DNA of 64,000 nucleotides from Obrimoposthia wandeli (GCA_977020255.1 CDROCS010000506.1:806001-870000); one strand, 5' to 3'. Positions 52,142 through 63,452 are shown, numbered from the stretch's first letter. A program made the numbers and translations. The notes: generated from the letters alone by a model not told the origin.

Positions 52142-52193
52142 AGCCCAAGTAACGCGTTAACTAGAAATAGTAACAAATTGCTTGGGCTTTTTT
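52142..52193 (+). terminator. purB terminator (long hairpin)
   Basis: AGCCCAAGTAA / TTGCTTGGGCT followed by T6. Confidence 0.8.
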
Positions 52194-52429
52194 GTGCGCT
52201 AGTTATCATTCCACTTTTTGATATCAATAAAGTGAATGTCGTAAAAACACTAAAACGTAAAACATTAATTCAAAACGAAACAACAAAACATCACCATAGT
52301 TTCAATCTGAAACACATAAATAGCCTTTTATAAAACATCCTTTCGAAGTTAGCCCACCATCTTGTAACTATTCCATTTACACGGATAATCAGCATTACAT
52401 TTACATCTGGTTAACCAAGGATTTACAGA

Positions 52430-53062
52430 ATGAACGGATCATTTCTTATTGAAGCATTTCAAGCACCCTCAACGTGTGCGCCAAACTTAGGTAATTTCTT
52501 TAATGATTTAGGTGCCGATCCTTACCTTGAAAGTAACTGTCGATTCCGAGCATTTTCTCAATACCAAAAAAATGATGCACAATTTGAAAAATTAAACTCA
52601 AGCACCTTCATGCAGTCATCAGATGTAAACCGCCTTATCGGCAACGTTGAACGTAAATTCGAGGACATTTCTCCAGCACTTGATCAACACCCTGACTTTC
52701 AGAATCTACTGAATGCATTTCTTGAGCGTACTAACGTTGATACCACTAAGCAGCCAATTGGCGTACATCAGATCCGCGTAGTTTGCTCACAAGATAAATC
52801 AGGCTCACCAGCACCAGAAGGTATTCACCAAGACGGTTTTGATTTTGTCGGTATTTTCTGCGTAAAACGAGACAACATCGCTGGTGCTTTTACGCAGATA
52901 TTTTCATCACCAGTGGACCAACATCCACACATGAGTACCACGCTAGAAGAAAACCAATTTATCATTTTTAATGACCGTCGTTATTATCACTACGTGACTG
53001 AAACACTGCCTGGTTTACAAGATGAAACCGGTCTGCGCGACGTATTTGTTTTCACCGCTTAA
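52430..53062 (+). CDS. Fe(II)/2-oxoglutarate dioxygenase (2OG-Fe_Oxy_2 / BsmA/IDO-like)
   Basis: GVHQIR, APEGIHQDG (HxD), YYHYVT (distal His), RDVFVFT. Confidence 0.88.
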   Translation: MNGSFLIEAFQAPSTCAPNLGNFFNDLGADPYLESNCRFRAFSQYQKNDAQFEKLNSSTFMQSSDVNRLIGNVERKFEDISPALDQHPDFQNLLNAFLERTNVDTTKQPIGVHQIRVVCSQDKSGSPAPEGIHQDGFDFVGIFCVKRDNIAGAFTQIFSSPVDQHPHMSTTLEENQFIIFNDRRYYHYVTETLPGLQDETGLRDVFVFTA

Positions 53063-53213
53063 TCGATAAAAAAGAAAATAAAGCAGCGTAAAAAGCAACA
53101 ATGCGAATTGTCATTAAAACAGTCAGCACAACGTATTTAACACACTAAATAACAGCATTACGCTTACACAAAAAGCAGTAAACGTAATCATGATTTTATT
53201 AAAGGAATAACCG

Positions 53214-54464
53214 ATGAACTTATGTATTGAGTCAATCCGCCAAGCGTTTCCAGCACTACAGCAAAAAGTAAATGGCGAGCCAGTGTATTTTTTTGATGGT
53301 CCTGGTGGCTCACAAGTTCCACAGTCAGTACTCGATACCATGACTGCTTACTTAGGTAAATATAACTCGAACCTTGGCGGCCGCTTTTTCTCTAGTGAAA
53401 AAACCGTTGATGTCATGCGTAACGCCCGCCTTGCTGGCCAAGCACTATTAAATACCGAGTCACCAGATAACATCGTTTTTGGCGCCAACATGACCTCATT
53501 AACATTCCAATTAAGCCGTGCTATCAGCCGTGATTGGCAAGCAGGTGATGAAGTGATTGTTACTTCATTGGATCATTATTCAAATGTTTCAACATGGCAG
53601 CAAGCCGCGGATGATAAAGGCGCGATAGTACATCAAGCGCGTGTGAATGAAGATGATTGCACACTCGATAGTGAACACTTAATCTCACTGATTTCCGCTA
53701 AGACTAAATTAGTTGCTCTCACTTTTGCATCTAACACCACAGGTTCATTGGTGGACGTTAAGCCAATTATTGCAGCTGCACATGCTGTCGGTGCTAAAGT
53801 CTATATTGATGCGGTACATTACGCGCCACACAAGCTGGTAGACGTGCAAGCATTGGGTTGTGACTTCTTGGCTTGTTCTGCATATAAGTTCTTTGGCCCA
53901 CATGTTGGCATCGCGTATGTGGCACCACAATGGCTACATAGCTTATCACCGTACAAGGTAGAGCCAGCAACAAACCAAGGACCAGGTCGTTTTGAAACCG
54001 GCACTCAAAGCTTTGAAGCATTGGTTGGGTTTACCGCGGCTGTTGAATACCTTGCTCATGCAGGTGATCAGACACTGCCGTTACGCGAAAGACTGGTGCA
54101 AAGTTTCGATCTATATCAAGCTCATGAGCAGCAGTTAAGTAAACACTTCTTGGCTAAGCTAACGCAATATAGCAACGTGACGCTGTACGGTATCAATGAT
54201 ATTGAAAGACTGGCCGAGCGTACCCCAACCTTCTCTATCCGCATTGATCATGCCTCTCCTGAAGACGTATCTGGCCTACTTGGTCAACATAACATGTGCG
54301 TTTGGAACGGTCATTTCTATGCTATCGGCTTGTGTAAGCAATTAGGTATTTTAGATAAAGGCGGCGTGATACGTATTGGCTTTATGCACTACAATACCAC
54401 CAGCGAAATTGATGCATTATTTGCAATATTAGAGACCGTATTAGAAACAGCAGTAGAAAAATAA
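53214..54464 (+). CDS. Cysteine desulfurase-like PLP enzyme (class V aminotransferase)
   Basis: FDGPGGSQVP, DAVHYAPH, CSAYKFFGPH (PLP lysine), RFETGTQSFE; WNGHFYA with no catalytic loop Cys seen. Confidence 0.88.
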   Translation: MNLCIESIRQAFPALQQKVNGEPVYFFDGPGGSQVPQSVLDTMTAYLGKYNSNLGGRFFSSEKTVDVMRNARLAGQALLNTESPDNIVFGANMTSLTFQLSRAISRDWQAGDEVIVTSLDHYSNVSTWQQAADDKGAIVHQARVNEDDCTLDSEHLISLISAKTKLVALTFASNTTGSLVDVKPIIAAAHAVGAKVYIDAVHYAPHKLVDVQALGCDFLACSAYKFFGPHVGIAYVAPQWLHSLSPYKVEPATNQGPGRFETGTQSFEALVGFTAAVEYLAHAGDQTLPLRERLVQSFDLYQAHEQQLSKHFLAKLTQYSNVTLYGINDIERLAERTPTFSIRIDHASPEDVSGLLGQHNMCVWNGHFYAIGLCKQLGILDKGGVIRIGFMHYNTTSEIDALFAILETVLETAVEK

Positions 54465-54500
54465 CCACTAATACTAGCAGTAAGCTGTAAATAGACCGTA

Positions 54501-54532
54501 TAAGCCCAAGTGTTTCCTGACACTTGGGCTTA
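54501..54532 (+). terminator. Hairpin terminator candidate
   Basis: TAAGCCCAAGTGT / ACACTTGGGCTTA. Confidence 0.7.
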
Positions 54533-54695
54533 AATTTATCAACTCATTATTCAATCCCATCACAGCCGATATCCGCTTAAATAGTAAAAACAACACTTCG
54601 ATAACACTTTCATTTTATTCGTTATGCTAGCCTATTAATACATCAAAAATAGTAATCATCACACGTTAATCTACGACACAGCAAGGAAGCAGAAT

Positions 54696-55175
54696 ATGTC
54701 ACGTCAATCAAGGACAGTACAACAATGGTTTGATGAATATGGGGTTAGCCACCAAAACAAAACCAATAAACTTATCCATTGGATCATGGTGCCGATAATT
54801 TTCTTTACCATCGTTGGTTTGCTCTGGTCTATCCCAAAAATGGATTGGATGGGCGCATCGCCTTGGCTGAACTGGGCAACAATAGCCATGCTACCGGCGA
54901 TGTATTTCTATTACACCTTATCAAAGCGTATCTTATTAGGCATGTTGCTGTTTACCGGATTATGTCTAGTCGCTTGCTATATGCTGACGCAATATTTAGC
55001 CATGCCGTTGTGGTTATTCAGTGCGGTATTGTTTGCGATAGCGTGGGTTTTTCAGTTTATCGGCCATAAGATTGAAGGCGCGAAGCCCTCGTTCTTTGAA
55101 GATCTACAATTCTTATTAGTCGGTCCAGCTTGGTTGTTAGGGTTTATCTACCAACGCGCTGGGATCCGTTATTAA
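54696..55175 (+). CDS. DUF962 / Mpo1-like membrane protein
   Basis: YGVSHQNKTNKLIHWIMVP; QFIGHKIEGAKPSFFEDLQFLLVGP. Confidence 0.88.
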   Translation: MSRQSRTVQQWFDEYGVSHQNKTNKLIHWIMVPIIFFTIVGLLWSIPKMDWMGASPWLNWATIAMLPAMYFYYTLSKRILLGMLLFTGLCLVACYMLTQYLAMPLWLFSAVLFAIAWVFQFIGHKIEGAKPSFFEDLQFLLVGPAWLLGFIYQRAGIRY

Positions 55176-55213
55176 TAGCTGGTATTAGTCATTTAATATC
55201 AATAAATGACTCG

Positions 55214-55660
55214 CTACTTTACTGCCAGGTTATACGAAAAATACGAGGTATCTTTTACAAAACCCAACTTTTCATATAAGGCTTGTGCCGAGAAGTTATC
55301 TTGCGCAGTATTCAAATCAACACGGATAGCACCGGTATTGCGCGCTTCCCTCACTACTCGATGAATTAGCTCATTAGCCAACCCTTGTCGGCGATATTCG
55401 GGGGCTATAAATAAATCGTTTAACACCATTATCCTACCCAACGACACCGATGAAAACGAATGATAGTTAAGTACAAACCCCATCGGATCACCCACTTTGT
55501 TATAAGCGATAAACACGGTGGCATCGTTATTAAGTAAACGCTCACCTAAATACGGTCGGTACTTTTTCGGGGCTGACGGCTGCTTATAGAACACCATATA
55601 TTGGTCAAATAAACTAACGAGATCGTTTAATTCTGCGAGTGAGGCTTGTTTGATATTCAT
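55214..55660 (-). CDS. GNAT N-acetyltransferase
   Basis: LNDLFIAPEYRRQGLA; NFSAQALYEKLGF. Confidence 0.9.
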   Translation of the reverse strand: MNIKQASLAELNDLVSLFDQYMVFYKQPSAPKKYRPYLGERLLNNDATVFIAYNKVGDPMGFVLNYHSFSSVSLGRIMVLNDLFIAPEYRRQGLANELIHRVVREARNTGAIRVDLNTAQDNFSAQALYEKLGFVKDTSYFSYNLAVK

Positions 55661-55892
55661 AAAATTCCTTTTTAATATGAATCAATAGATAAGGGTAATA
55701 ATAACGTGTATTACATACATCTATATTAATATAGTTAGCTATCCAGAGTAGCAACTTATAGTTAAATTACAACAGCATAAAACTCCTTATTTATTCATAC
55801 TTTAAGCATTGTTTTTAGTTATATACTGGCGTTCTTCATATCGACAAATAAATATACTTTTTGCTATTTAGCTCATTTAACAAGGACGTAAA

Positions 55893-56522
55893 ATGAAACT
55901 AATACCTCTGTGCTTAACATTAGCTTCGCTGTTTTCCAGCGCTGCGTTTGCTAATGGTTTTTATACCCCTGTTAGCTATCGCTACTACCAACTAAATTAC
56001 ACTGAAGTCACGACCGAAGATGTTGACGACCCATTGGCCATGTATCAACTCAACATCAGTAATTTACTCAGCCCTTTTCTGTTTAGCCGAACAAGTCTTA
56101 ATTACTTAAGCAGAGAAAACGAGAGCGACGCAAGTAATGCGATTACCACAACATCTATGCAAGCCATATTAAACATGGGCACACGCTTAGTACTACATCC
56201 TCGACTCGATCTGACCATTGAAAGTGGCGCGGTTTATGAATTTGCTAAAGAAGTTAAAGTTAAATCAAATGCAGGTACTGCCACTAATGATGATTTCGAC
56301 AATGAGATTGGATTTAATGCCGCGGTTGGCCTAGCAATGCATTTTAGTCATCAACTAGAGTTTATTATTGATGCCGCCTACATTGATATTGGCGACCAGT
56401 CAGATATTGAGTACAGTGCAGAAATGGTCGCTCATGTACTACCTAACCTTGCCCTCACTGCTAATGGTATTATGTATGAAGAAAATATAGGCTTTGGTTT
56501 CGGTCTACAGTTTGATTTTTAA
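55893..56522 (+). CDS. Small outer-membrane beta-barrel protein
   Basis: Signal peptide (AFA); alternating amphipathic strands; C-terminal GFGLQFDF. Confidence 0.72.
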   Translation: MKLIPLCLTLASLFSSAAFANGFYTPVSYRYYQLNYTEVTTEDVDDPLAMYQLNISNLLSPFLFSRTSLNYLSRENESDASNAITTTSMQAILNMGTRLVLHPRLDLTIESGAVYEFAKEVKVKSNAGTATNDDFDNEIGFNAAVGLAMHFSHQLEFIIDAAYIDIGDQSDIEYSAEMVAHVLPNLALTANGIMYEENIGFGFGLQFDF

Positions 56523-56592
56523 GTATGTATATCGTGATAATAGTGATGACAGCCATTAAGCCAATTTAATTACTGTCATCATTAATACGTAC

Positions 56593-57117
56593 TTATACTG
56601 GCGATAGACGATACCTCAGCACATGAAGTGCTTCCTCTTCACTATAGAATTGATTAATAAACTCACCGCCACAACTTTCAATGACCTGACGCGATGCGAG
56701 ATTAGTGGGTTCACAGGTAATGATAACGTCATCAGTCAATACCGCCTTTTGAATATGAGCCAACATCAACTTAGCGACACCTTTACCTCGCGCAGAAGGT
56801 CTGGTTTCATAACCGATATGACCAATCACGTTCTCGATATAATCACCGCTACCTTGCCTTACTCTTATAGATCCAAGAATAACGCCATCCTCGATACAAA
56901 AATAAGTTTGGATCGGCGTCCAACCTATCGGTAAATGTTCACCTTTAGCATAAGCAATGCGCTTACTAAGATAACGTTCGTAATGGCTAAGAATAAATTC
57001 ATACAGCACAATGCCATCAACGACACATTCGTCGACATAAGATTTGAACACCTCTAAATGTTCCATCTTGGCGAGTTCTATTATCACTCGCTCTGTTTTT
57101 GCTAATGCCTTGTTCAT
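56593..57117 (-). CDS. GNAT N-acetyltransferase
   Basis: GHIGYETRPSARGKGVA; ITCEPTNLASRQVIESCGG. Confidence 0.88.
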   Translation of the reverse strand: MNKALAKTERVIIELAKMEHLEVFKSYVDECVVDGIVLYEFILSHYERYLSKRIAYAKGEHLPIGWTPIQTYFCIEDGVILGSIRVRQGSGDYIENVIGHIGYETRPSARGKGVAKLMLAHIQKAVLTDDVIITCEPTNLASRQVIESCGGEFINQFYSEEEALHVLRYRLSPV

Positions 57118-57199
57118 ATCACGGTTGTTCCTAAGTTACTAAATTTGGTTCTGAGCTAAGTACAACTATACCATGCCCTCAATCAGCTTTTAAATTACG

Positions 57200-57245
57200 A
57201 TAGATTTAACCAATCGTTTTCATAGATTTAATCAGATTTACCTAT
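57200..57245 (+). promoter_or_regulatory. OxyR-binding site upstream of ahpC
   Basis: ATAG-N7-CAAT-N7-ATAG tetranucleotides at 11-bp spacing plus a downstream CTAT; ahpCF is a canonical OxyR target. Confidence 0.6.
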
Positions 57246-57338
57246 GCAGTCAATTACCCCATAATCCTTCTCATGGATTCGCAGCAAGATTGCAGTAAGA
57301 GTCCCATCATACAATTAACTAATTAATAGGATAACAAC

Positions 57339-57896
57339 ATGATCAACACTCAAATTAAACCATTCAACGCAACGGCTTTCAAACAAGGCGAATTCGTAGA
57401 GATTTCAGAGCAAGACGTACTGGGTAAATGGGCTGTATTCTTCTTCTACCCTGCTGACTTCACATTTGTTTGCCCTACTGAGCTAGGTGATGTAGCAGAC
57501 CATTACGAAGAACTACAAAAACGTGGCGTTGAAGTATTCTCAGTATCAACTGACACTCACTTCACTCACAAAGCATGGCACGATAGTTCAGACACTATCG
57601 GCAAAATCAACTACTTCATGGTAGGCGACCAATCAGGCAACATCACAAACAACTTCAATGTGATGCGTGCAGGTCAAGGCCTTGCAGACCGTGCAACTTT
57701 CTTAGTTGACCCACAAGGTGTTATCCAAGCAATGGAAATCACTGCCGAAGGTATTGGCCGTGACGCTGAAGACTTAATGCGTAAAGTAAAAGCAGCGCAA
57801 TATGTAGCAGCTCATCCAGGTGAAGTTTGCCCAGCTAAATGGAAAGAAGGCGAAGCAACACTAGCACCTTCATTAGACCTAGTTGGTAAAATCTAA
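57339..57896 (+). CDS. ahpC: Alkyl hydroperoxide reductase C (2-Cys peroxiredoxin)
   Basis: [14 protein letters not shown]; GEVCPAKW. Confidence 0.98.
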   Translation: MINTQIKPFNATAFKQGEFVEISEQDVLGKWAVFFFYPADFTFVCPTELGDVADHYEELQKRGVEVFSVSTDTHFTHKAWHDSSDTIGKINYFMVGDQSGNITNNFNVMRAGQGLADRATFLVDPQGVIQAMEITAEGIGRDAEDLMRKVKAAQYVAAHPGEVCPAKWKEGEATLAPSLDLVGKI

Positions 57897-58118
57897 TTTA
57901 AAGGCAACTTTAAAGACTGATTATTTAAAGTAATGAAATCGACCTCAGTTAACGATAATTGAGGTCATTTAAAAATACATTTTCGCTAACTCGCTAAAAA
58001 ATAAAAAGCAGAGTGCTAAAAATAGAAGCAGAAAATAGATTTTTAAATTAACCAAATTGCTAATAGCGTTTACATAAACGCATCTCATATAGCCATAAGC
58101 AGAATAAAAGGTGTCACC

Positions 58119-59708
58119 ATGTTAGACCAAAATATGAAAACCCAATTAAAAGCGTATTTAGAAAATTTAAAAACTGAAGTACAGCTCGTGCTTAGCCTTG
58201 ATGACAGTGAGACAGCACAAAAATTACATACTTTAGCCAACGACATCGCATCATTGAGCGACAAAGTAAGTGTTATTGAAGACCAAAATGCGAGCGCACG
58301 TAAACCTATCATGCAAGTGGTCAACCCAATCAAAAAAACAGCGGTTGGTTTTGCCGGTTTACCGATGGGCCACGAATTTACCTCATTGATATTGGCGCTA
58401 CTGCACAGTGGTGGTCACCCAATGAAGTTAGACGCAAACGTCATTGAACAAATGGCTAACCTTGAAGAAGAAATGAATTTCGAAGTATACATTTCATTAA
58501 GCTGTCAAAACTGCCCGGATGTTGTGCAGGCATTAAATATGATGGCAGCGACAAATCCAAATATTAAAACCACCATGATTGACGGGGCTGCATTCCAAGA
58601 TGAAGTCGCAGAACGTAACATCATGGCAGTACCAAGTGTTTACTTAAACGGTGAAGTGTTCACCCAAGGTCGCATTTCATTAACTGAAATTTTAGCGAAA
58701 GTAGATACTGGCGCAGCAAAAAAACAAGCGTTAGCATTAAACGAAAAAGCACCTTATGAAGTCCTTGTTGTAGGTGGTGGTCCAGCTGGCGCATCCGCTG
58801 CAATTTACGCAGCACGTAAAGGCATTCGCACAGGTGTAGTAGCCGAGCGTTTTGGTGGCCAAGTCATGGATACCATGTCTATCGAAAACTTTATTTCGGT
58901 AAAAGAAACCCAAGGTCCTAAACTCGCAGCAGCCCTTGAAGAACACGTCAAAGAATACAACGTCGATATCATGAATGAGCAAAGAGCCAGTGGTATTGTC
59001 AGCGCAGAAAAAACAGCCGATGGTTATATTCACGTTGAACTCGATAGCGGCGCAATATTAAAAAGCCGCAGCGTGATCTTATCAACTGGCGCACGCTGGA
59101 GAGAAATGAATGTACCTGGCGAACAAGAATACCGTAACAAAGGTGTCGCTTACTGCCCACACTGTGACGGTCCATTGTTTAAAGGCAAAAAAGTAGCCGT
59201 GATCGGTGGCGGTAATTCCGGTATCGAAGCAGCTATCGACTTAGCGGGCTTGGTTGAACATGTGACTGTTCTTGAATTTGCAGATACCTTACGTGCCGAT
59301 CAAGTATTGGTTAATAAGGCCGACAGCATTACTAATATTACCATTATTAAACAAGCTCAAACCACAGAAGTGATTGGTGACGGTACACGTGTAACAGCGC
59401 TTAATTATGTTGACCGCGCCACTGGTGATGCAAAACAAATCGAACTTGCCGGTATCTTTGTACAAATTGGCTTGATGCCTAACAGTGATTTCTTAAAAGG
59501 CAGTGGTGTTGCGTTATCACCGCGTGGTGAAATTGAAGTGAATGCTAAAAATGAAACCTCTGTTGCAGGTATATTTGCTGCTGGTGACGTAACAACGGTA
59601 CCTTACAAGCAAATCATCATTGCGATGGGCGAAGGTTCAAAAGCCAGCTTAAGTGCTTTTGATCATTTAATTCGCACACCATCACCAACTGATACAGTTA
59701 GCGCTTAA
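58119..59708 (+). CDS. ahpF: Alkyl hydroperoxide reductase F
   Basis: [31 protein letters not shown]. Confidence 0.97.
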   Translation: MLDQNMKTQLKAYLENLKTEVQLVLSLDDSETAQKLHTLANDIASLSDKVSVIEDQNASARKPIMQVVNPIKKTAVGFAGLPMGHEFTSLILALLHSGGHPMKLDANVIEQMANLEEEMNFEVYISLSCQNCPDVVQALNMMAATNPNIKTTMIDGAAFQDEVAERNIMAVPSVYLNGEVFTQGRISLTEILAKVDTGAAKKQALALNEKAPYEVLVVGGGPAGASAAIYAARKGIRTGVVAERFGGQVMDTMSIENFISVKETQGPKLAAALEEHVKEYNVDIMNEQRASGIVSAEKTADGYIHVELDSGAILKSRSVILSTGARWREMNVPGEQEYRNKGVAYCPHCDGPLFKGKKVAVIGGGNSGIEAAIDLAGLVEHVTVLEFADTLRADQVLVNKADSITNITIIKQAQTTEVIGDGTRVTALNYVDRATGDAKQIELAGIFVQIGLMPNSDFLKGSGVALSPRGEIEVNAKNETSVAGIFAAGDVTTVPYKQIIIAMGEGSKASLSAFDHLIRTPSPTDTVSA

Positions 59709-59800
59709 CTGTAAATAGTAATTTGTAAGTGCTAAATTGCAAAAAACAGCAATAAGATAAAATTTGCGCTAGTCCCCACGTGCAAGGCTTATCCCCTATA

Positions 59801-59830
59801 AACCAGCAGTCGCCAACGATTGCTGGTTTT
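59801..59830. terminator. Terminator between ahpF and the convergent thioredoxin gene
   Basis: AAACCAGCAGTCG / CGATTGCTGGTTT followed by a T-tract. Confidence 0.8.
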
Positions 59831-59833
59831 TTA

Positions 59834-60169
59834 TTATATACCAGCCAATAAATCTCGCACCTCTGTAATACCAGTCGGCCTGACAAGTCGCGATACCTCC
59901 TGTCCATCTTTTAGCAGTATCAACGTCGGCCATAACTTAACTTTAAATACCCGTCCGAGTTTTTTGCCTCGACCGTCGGCTATTTTGACATGTGGTAATT
60001 TGGGATGAGCCACCAGCACATCTTTAATCACCGATTCAGCCGCTTGACAGTGACCACACCAAGATGCCCCAAACTCTAAAATAGCATAACCAGTCCACGC
60101 TTCAATATCTGTGAGCGCCGGAGCCTCTTCACGGTATTCAGGATTAAAGCTGAAGTAATCAGTTGTCAT
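59834..60169 (-). CDS. Thioredoxin family protein
   Basis: EFGASWCGHC; FKVKLWPTLI (cis-Pro). Confidence 0.88.
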   Translation of the reverse strand: MTTDYFSFNPEYREEAPALTDIEAWTGYAILEFGASWCGHCQAAESVIKDVLVAHPKLPHVKIADGRGKKLGRVFKVKLWPTLILLKDGQEVSRLVRPTGITEVRDLLAGI

Positions 60170-60208
60170 ATTATAGTCCTTTCAGAAATTCAATAGCTTG
60201 CTGCTCAT

Positions 60209-60258
60209 AAAAAAGCCTTACCTTAACCCATTATAGTAATGGATTAAGCGTAAGGCTT
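60209..60258 (-). terminator. Long hairpin terminator of the aap operon
   Basis: AAGCCTTAC..TTAA.CCATTA / TAATGG.TTAAG.GTAAGGCTT with an A-tract. Confidence 0.75.
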
Positions 60259-60336
60259 ATCAGTAGTACATCATACTTTCATCAATGCTACTTATTTCAA
60301 GAGCCGTAATGATAATACTCTTACAACAGCATCAAT

Positions 60337-61083
60337 TTAGTGCGATAAAATCTGTTCTAAGAACTGTTTAAGGCGATCTGATTGCGGATTATCAAAGAAT
60401 TCATGCGGTTCATTTTCTTCAACAATTTGCCCTGCATCCATAAAGATAACGCGATCAGCCACTTTCTTAGCAAAGCCCATTTCGTGGGTTACACAGATCA
60501 TAGTGATACCTTCATCAGCAAGCTCAACCATCACGTCTAATACTTCCGATACCATTTCTGGATCCAGTGCCGATGTCGGTTCATCAAATAACATGATTTC
60601 AGGATTAATACACAGACAACGTGCAATTGCTACACGCTGCTGCTGTCCACCAGATAACTGATTTGGAAATTTATGTGCTTGGTCAGCAATTTTTACGCGT
60701 TCCAAATACATCATCGCCGTTTTAATCGCTTCATGACGGGGTTTTTTATGTACCCAAGTTGGCGCTAGTAATAAGTTTTCTAATACTGAAAGATGCGGAA
60801 ACAAATTAAAGTGTTGGAATACCATACCCACTTGCGAGCGAATATGACGCACCACTTTTACATCTTCAATCAAGTCCGTGCCGTTAATGTTAATCTTACC
60901 TTCTTGAAATTTTTCAAGATGGTTCAGGCAACGAATAGTCGTCGATTTACCTGAGCCAGACGGGCCACAGATAACCACTTTCTCGCCTTTCTTGATATTT
61001 AAGTTAACGTCTTTAAGTACGTGAAAATCACCATACCATTTGTTAACGTCTTGCATGCTGATCATATAATCTTGTTCTGACAT
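60337..61083 (-). CDS. aapP: Amino acid ABC transporter ATPase
   Basis: [30 protein letters not shown]. Confidence 0.9.
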   Translation of the reverse strand: MSEQDYMISMQDVNKWYGDFHVLKDVNLNIKKGEKVVICGPSGSGKSTTIRCLNHLEKFQEGKININGTDLIEDVKVVRHIRSQVGMVFQHFNLFPHLSVLENLLLAPTWVHKKPRHEAIKTAMMYLERVKIADQAHKFPNQLSGGQQQRVAIARCLCINPEIMLFDEPTSALDPEMVSEVLDVMVELADEGITMICVTHEMGFAKKVADRVIFMDAGQIVEENEPHEFFDNPQSDRLKQFLEQILSH

Positions 61084-61149
61084 GATATTTCCTTATACCA
61101 ATTACCTTACGTAAATGGTCAGTGTTAAGCTGTAAATTTACGGTAATTG

Positions 61150-62229
61150 CTAATGATCGGTATTGTATCGACGTTCTATCACGCGCGAGTATTGCGACAT
61201 GCTGAAACAAAATACCCAATAGATCATAGTAACAAACACATAACCTTCGATTTCAAAACCAAGCCAACTAGTATCACTGTTTGTCAGTGTCACCATTGCT
61301 AGAATATCGAATAAACCAATAATTAATACCAAGGTCGTGTCTTTAAATAACGAGATGAATGAGCCCACCAAGTTCGGAATCGAGATCTTTAACGCTTGTG
61401 GCAGAATAATTAAAATCATTCCTTGCCAATAGGTTAAGCCTAATGACTCACTCGCTTCATATTGGCCTTTCGGAATAGCTTGTAAACCACCACGAATAAC
61501 TTCGGCAATATATGCAGCCTGGAACAAGGTAATACCAATTAACGCACGTAATAACTTATCAAACTCGATACCATCGCTAAAGAATAATGGCAGTACTACC
61601 GATGCCATAAATAGGATAGTAATAAGCGGCACACCACGAATAAATTCGATAAAACCAACACATAAAGTTTTAACAATCGGCATATTGTCTGACTGACGAC
61701 CTAACGCCAATAAAATACCAATTGGGAATGATGCGATAATACCAACGGCAGCAACTAAAATGGTCAGCATTAAACCGCCCCATTTTTCAGTACCTACCAC
61801 TTCAAGTCCTAAACCACCACGGATCAAGATGAAGCATATAACCGGATACAACAGCATACTGACAAATTTAATTTTAATACTGCTCAGACGCGGTATAAAA
61901 AACACAAAAATGATGCTGATAATAGCGACTAAATTCGGACGCCAATGTAGTGCTTCAGGATAGAACCCATACATAAACTGGTCGAATTTCTCGATAATAA
62001 ATATCCAGCGCGCACCTTCTTTTACCACTTCTTCTTTAGTACCACTCCATGTCGCATCAAAGATCATCCAATCTAATAGCGGTGGGATTGTAGTATAGAT
62101 AAAGTAAATACCTAGCAGTGTTAACAGCGTATTAGGAATAGTAGAAAATAAATTCTCTCGTAACCAGAATACCAACCCCTTACTCGTCGAAGGTGCAGGT
62201 TTGGCCTCTTTCATCGTATAAACAGCCAT
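61150..62229 (-). CDS. aapM: Amino acid ABC transporter permease
   Basis: WLRENLFST, EFIRGVPLI, AEVIRGGLQAIPKGQYEA; start MAVY at 62229 behind a GGAAGA RBS. Confidence 0.88.
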   Translation of the reverse strand: MAVYTMKEAKPAPSTSKGLVFWLRENLFSTIPNTLLTLLGIYFIYTTIPPLLDWMIFDATWSGTKEEVVKEGARWIFIIEKFDQFMYGFYPEALHWRPNLVAIISIIFVFFIPRLSSIKIKFVSMLLYPVICFILIRGGLGLEVVGTEKWGGLMLTILVAAVGIIASFPIGILLALGRQSDNMPIVKTLCVGFIEFIRGVPLITILFMASVVLPLFFSDGIEFDKLLRALIGITLFQAAYIAEVIRGGLQAIPKGQYEASESLGLTYWQGMILIILPQALKISIPNLVGSFISLFKDTTLVLIIGLFDILAMVTLTNSDTSWLGFEIEGYVFVTMIYWVFCFSMSQYSRVIERRYNTDH

Positions 62230-62230
62230 A

Positions 62231-63415
62231 TTATCTTCCTTTAATTTCCATTTTTGCATTAACCCAGTTCAGCAGCAGTGAAATAACAATACTGAAAACA
62301 AGATACACGGCCATCGTCATTAAGATAATCTCAATAGCCTGCCCGACTTGGTTAAGCGTCGTCCCTGAGAACAAGGTAACAATTTCTGGATAACCAATTG
62401 CTGTAGCCAGTGATGAGTTTTTCACTAGGTTAAGATATTGGTTAATAACCGGTGGGATAATCACGCGTAATGCTTGCGGTAAAACGACTTTACGTAAGAT
62501 CACATGTTCTTTTAAGCCTAATGATTTTGCCGCTTCTTTTTGACCTGGAGGTACAGCTTCAATCCCCGCTCGTACAGCTTCAGCAATATAGGTTGCGGTA
62601 TAGATACTTAACGCAAAGATAAGCGCAAGTAACTCTGGAATAATGGTGATCCCGCCTTTGAAGTTAAAGCCTTTTAGCGCAGGATATTCAGCACTGATAG
62701 GTTGACCGGTAAGGAAAAATACTAATAAAGGAGCTGCAACAACCATAGCCAAAGATACTTTCACTAATGGAAATTCTTCGCCTGTTAAGTCATGACGTTT
62801 AGTCGCCCATTTACTCAAAAAGACCACACTAATACAAGCCAGTACAAATGCGATAAGAATAAAACTACTGCCTGATTCAAAGATTGGATCAGGTACGATT
62901 AAGCCACGGTTATTAATAAAGATAGAATCAAAATAAGAAATACTTTGACGCGGACTCGGCAGCGCAGCAAGTACCACGTTATACCAAAACAAGATCTGCA
63001 ATAAAATAGGGATATTACGGAAAGTTTCAATGTAAACCAGTGACAATTTAGCAATTAAATAATTAGACGATAGACGACCAATACCAACCATTAGGCCAAT
63101 AATCGACGCGAGTACAATACCAATAACACCCACGAGCATGGTATTTAAGATACCAACAATAAATACATCTAAAAACGTTGAGCTTGTATCATCATAAGGA
63201 ATAAGTGCTTGGCTGACACCAAAACCAGCTGTTTCGCCTAAGAATGAGAAACCTGTAGTGATACCCCTTTTTGCTACATTATCAAACATGTTGTTAACGA
63301 AGTAAAAAATGCATAAAACCACAACCACTAAAGAAAGCACTTGGAAAATAATTGCGCGATTTTTGGGGCTGTTAAATAAACCGCTGGAGCTTGGGGGGAG
63401 TTTTGAATTATTCAT
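62231..63415 (-). CDS. aapQ: Amino acid ABC transporter permease
   Basis: GFSFLGETAGFGV, YIETFRNIP, AEAVRAGIEAV, NSSLATAIGYPE. Confidence 0.88.
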   Translation of the reverse strand: MNNSKLPPSSSGLFNSPKNRAIIFQVLSLVVVVLCIFYFVNNMFDNVAKRGITTGFSFLGETAGFGVSQALIPYDDTSSTFLDVFIVGILNTMLVGVIGIVLASIIGLMVGIGRLSSNYLIAKLSLVYIETFRNIPILLQILFWYNVVLAALPSPRQSISYFDSIFINNRGLIVPDPIFESGSSFILIAFVLACISVVFLSKWATKRHDLTGEEFPLVKVSLAMVVAAPLLVFFLTGQPISAEYPALKGFNFKGGITIIPELLALIFALSIYTATYIAEAVRAGIEAVPPGQKEAAKSLGLKEHVILRKVVLPQALRVIIPPVINQYLNLVKNSSLATAIGYPEIVTLFSGTTLNQVGQAIEIILMTMAVYLVFSIVISLLLNWVNAKMEIKGR

Positions 63416-63431
63416 AACAAAATAACCTTTT

Positions 63432-63452
63432 AAAAAAGGGGGCTAAGCCCCC
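63432..63452 (-). terminator. Intercistronic terminator between aapJ and aapQ
   Basis: The - strand reads GGGGGCTTAGCCCCC followed by T6. Confidence 0.75.

Noticed and set aside
52012-52227. ORF ending in poly-(LQ)
   Set aside because: An artefact of the hexamer microsatellite read antisense through the purB terminator; no RBS
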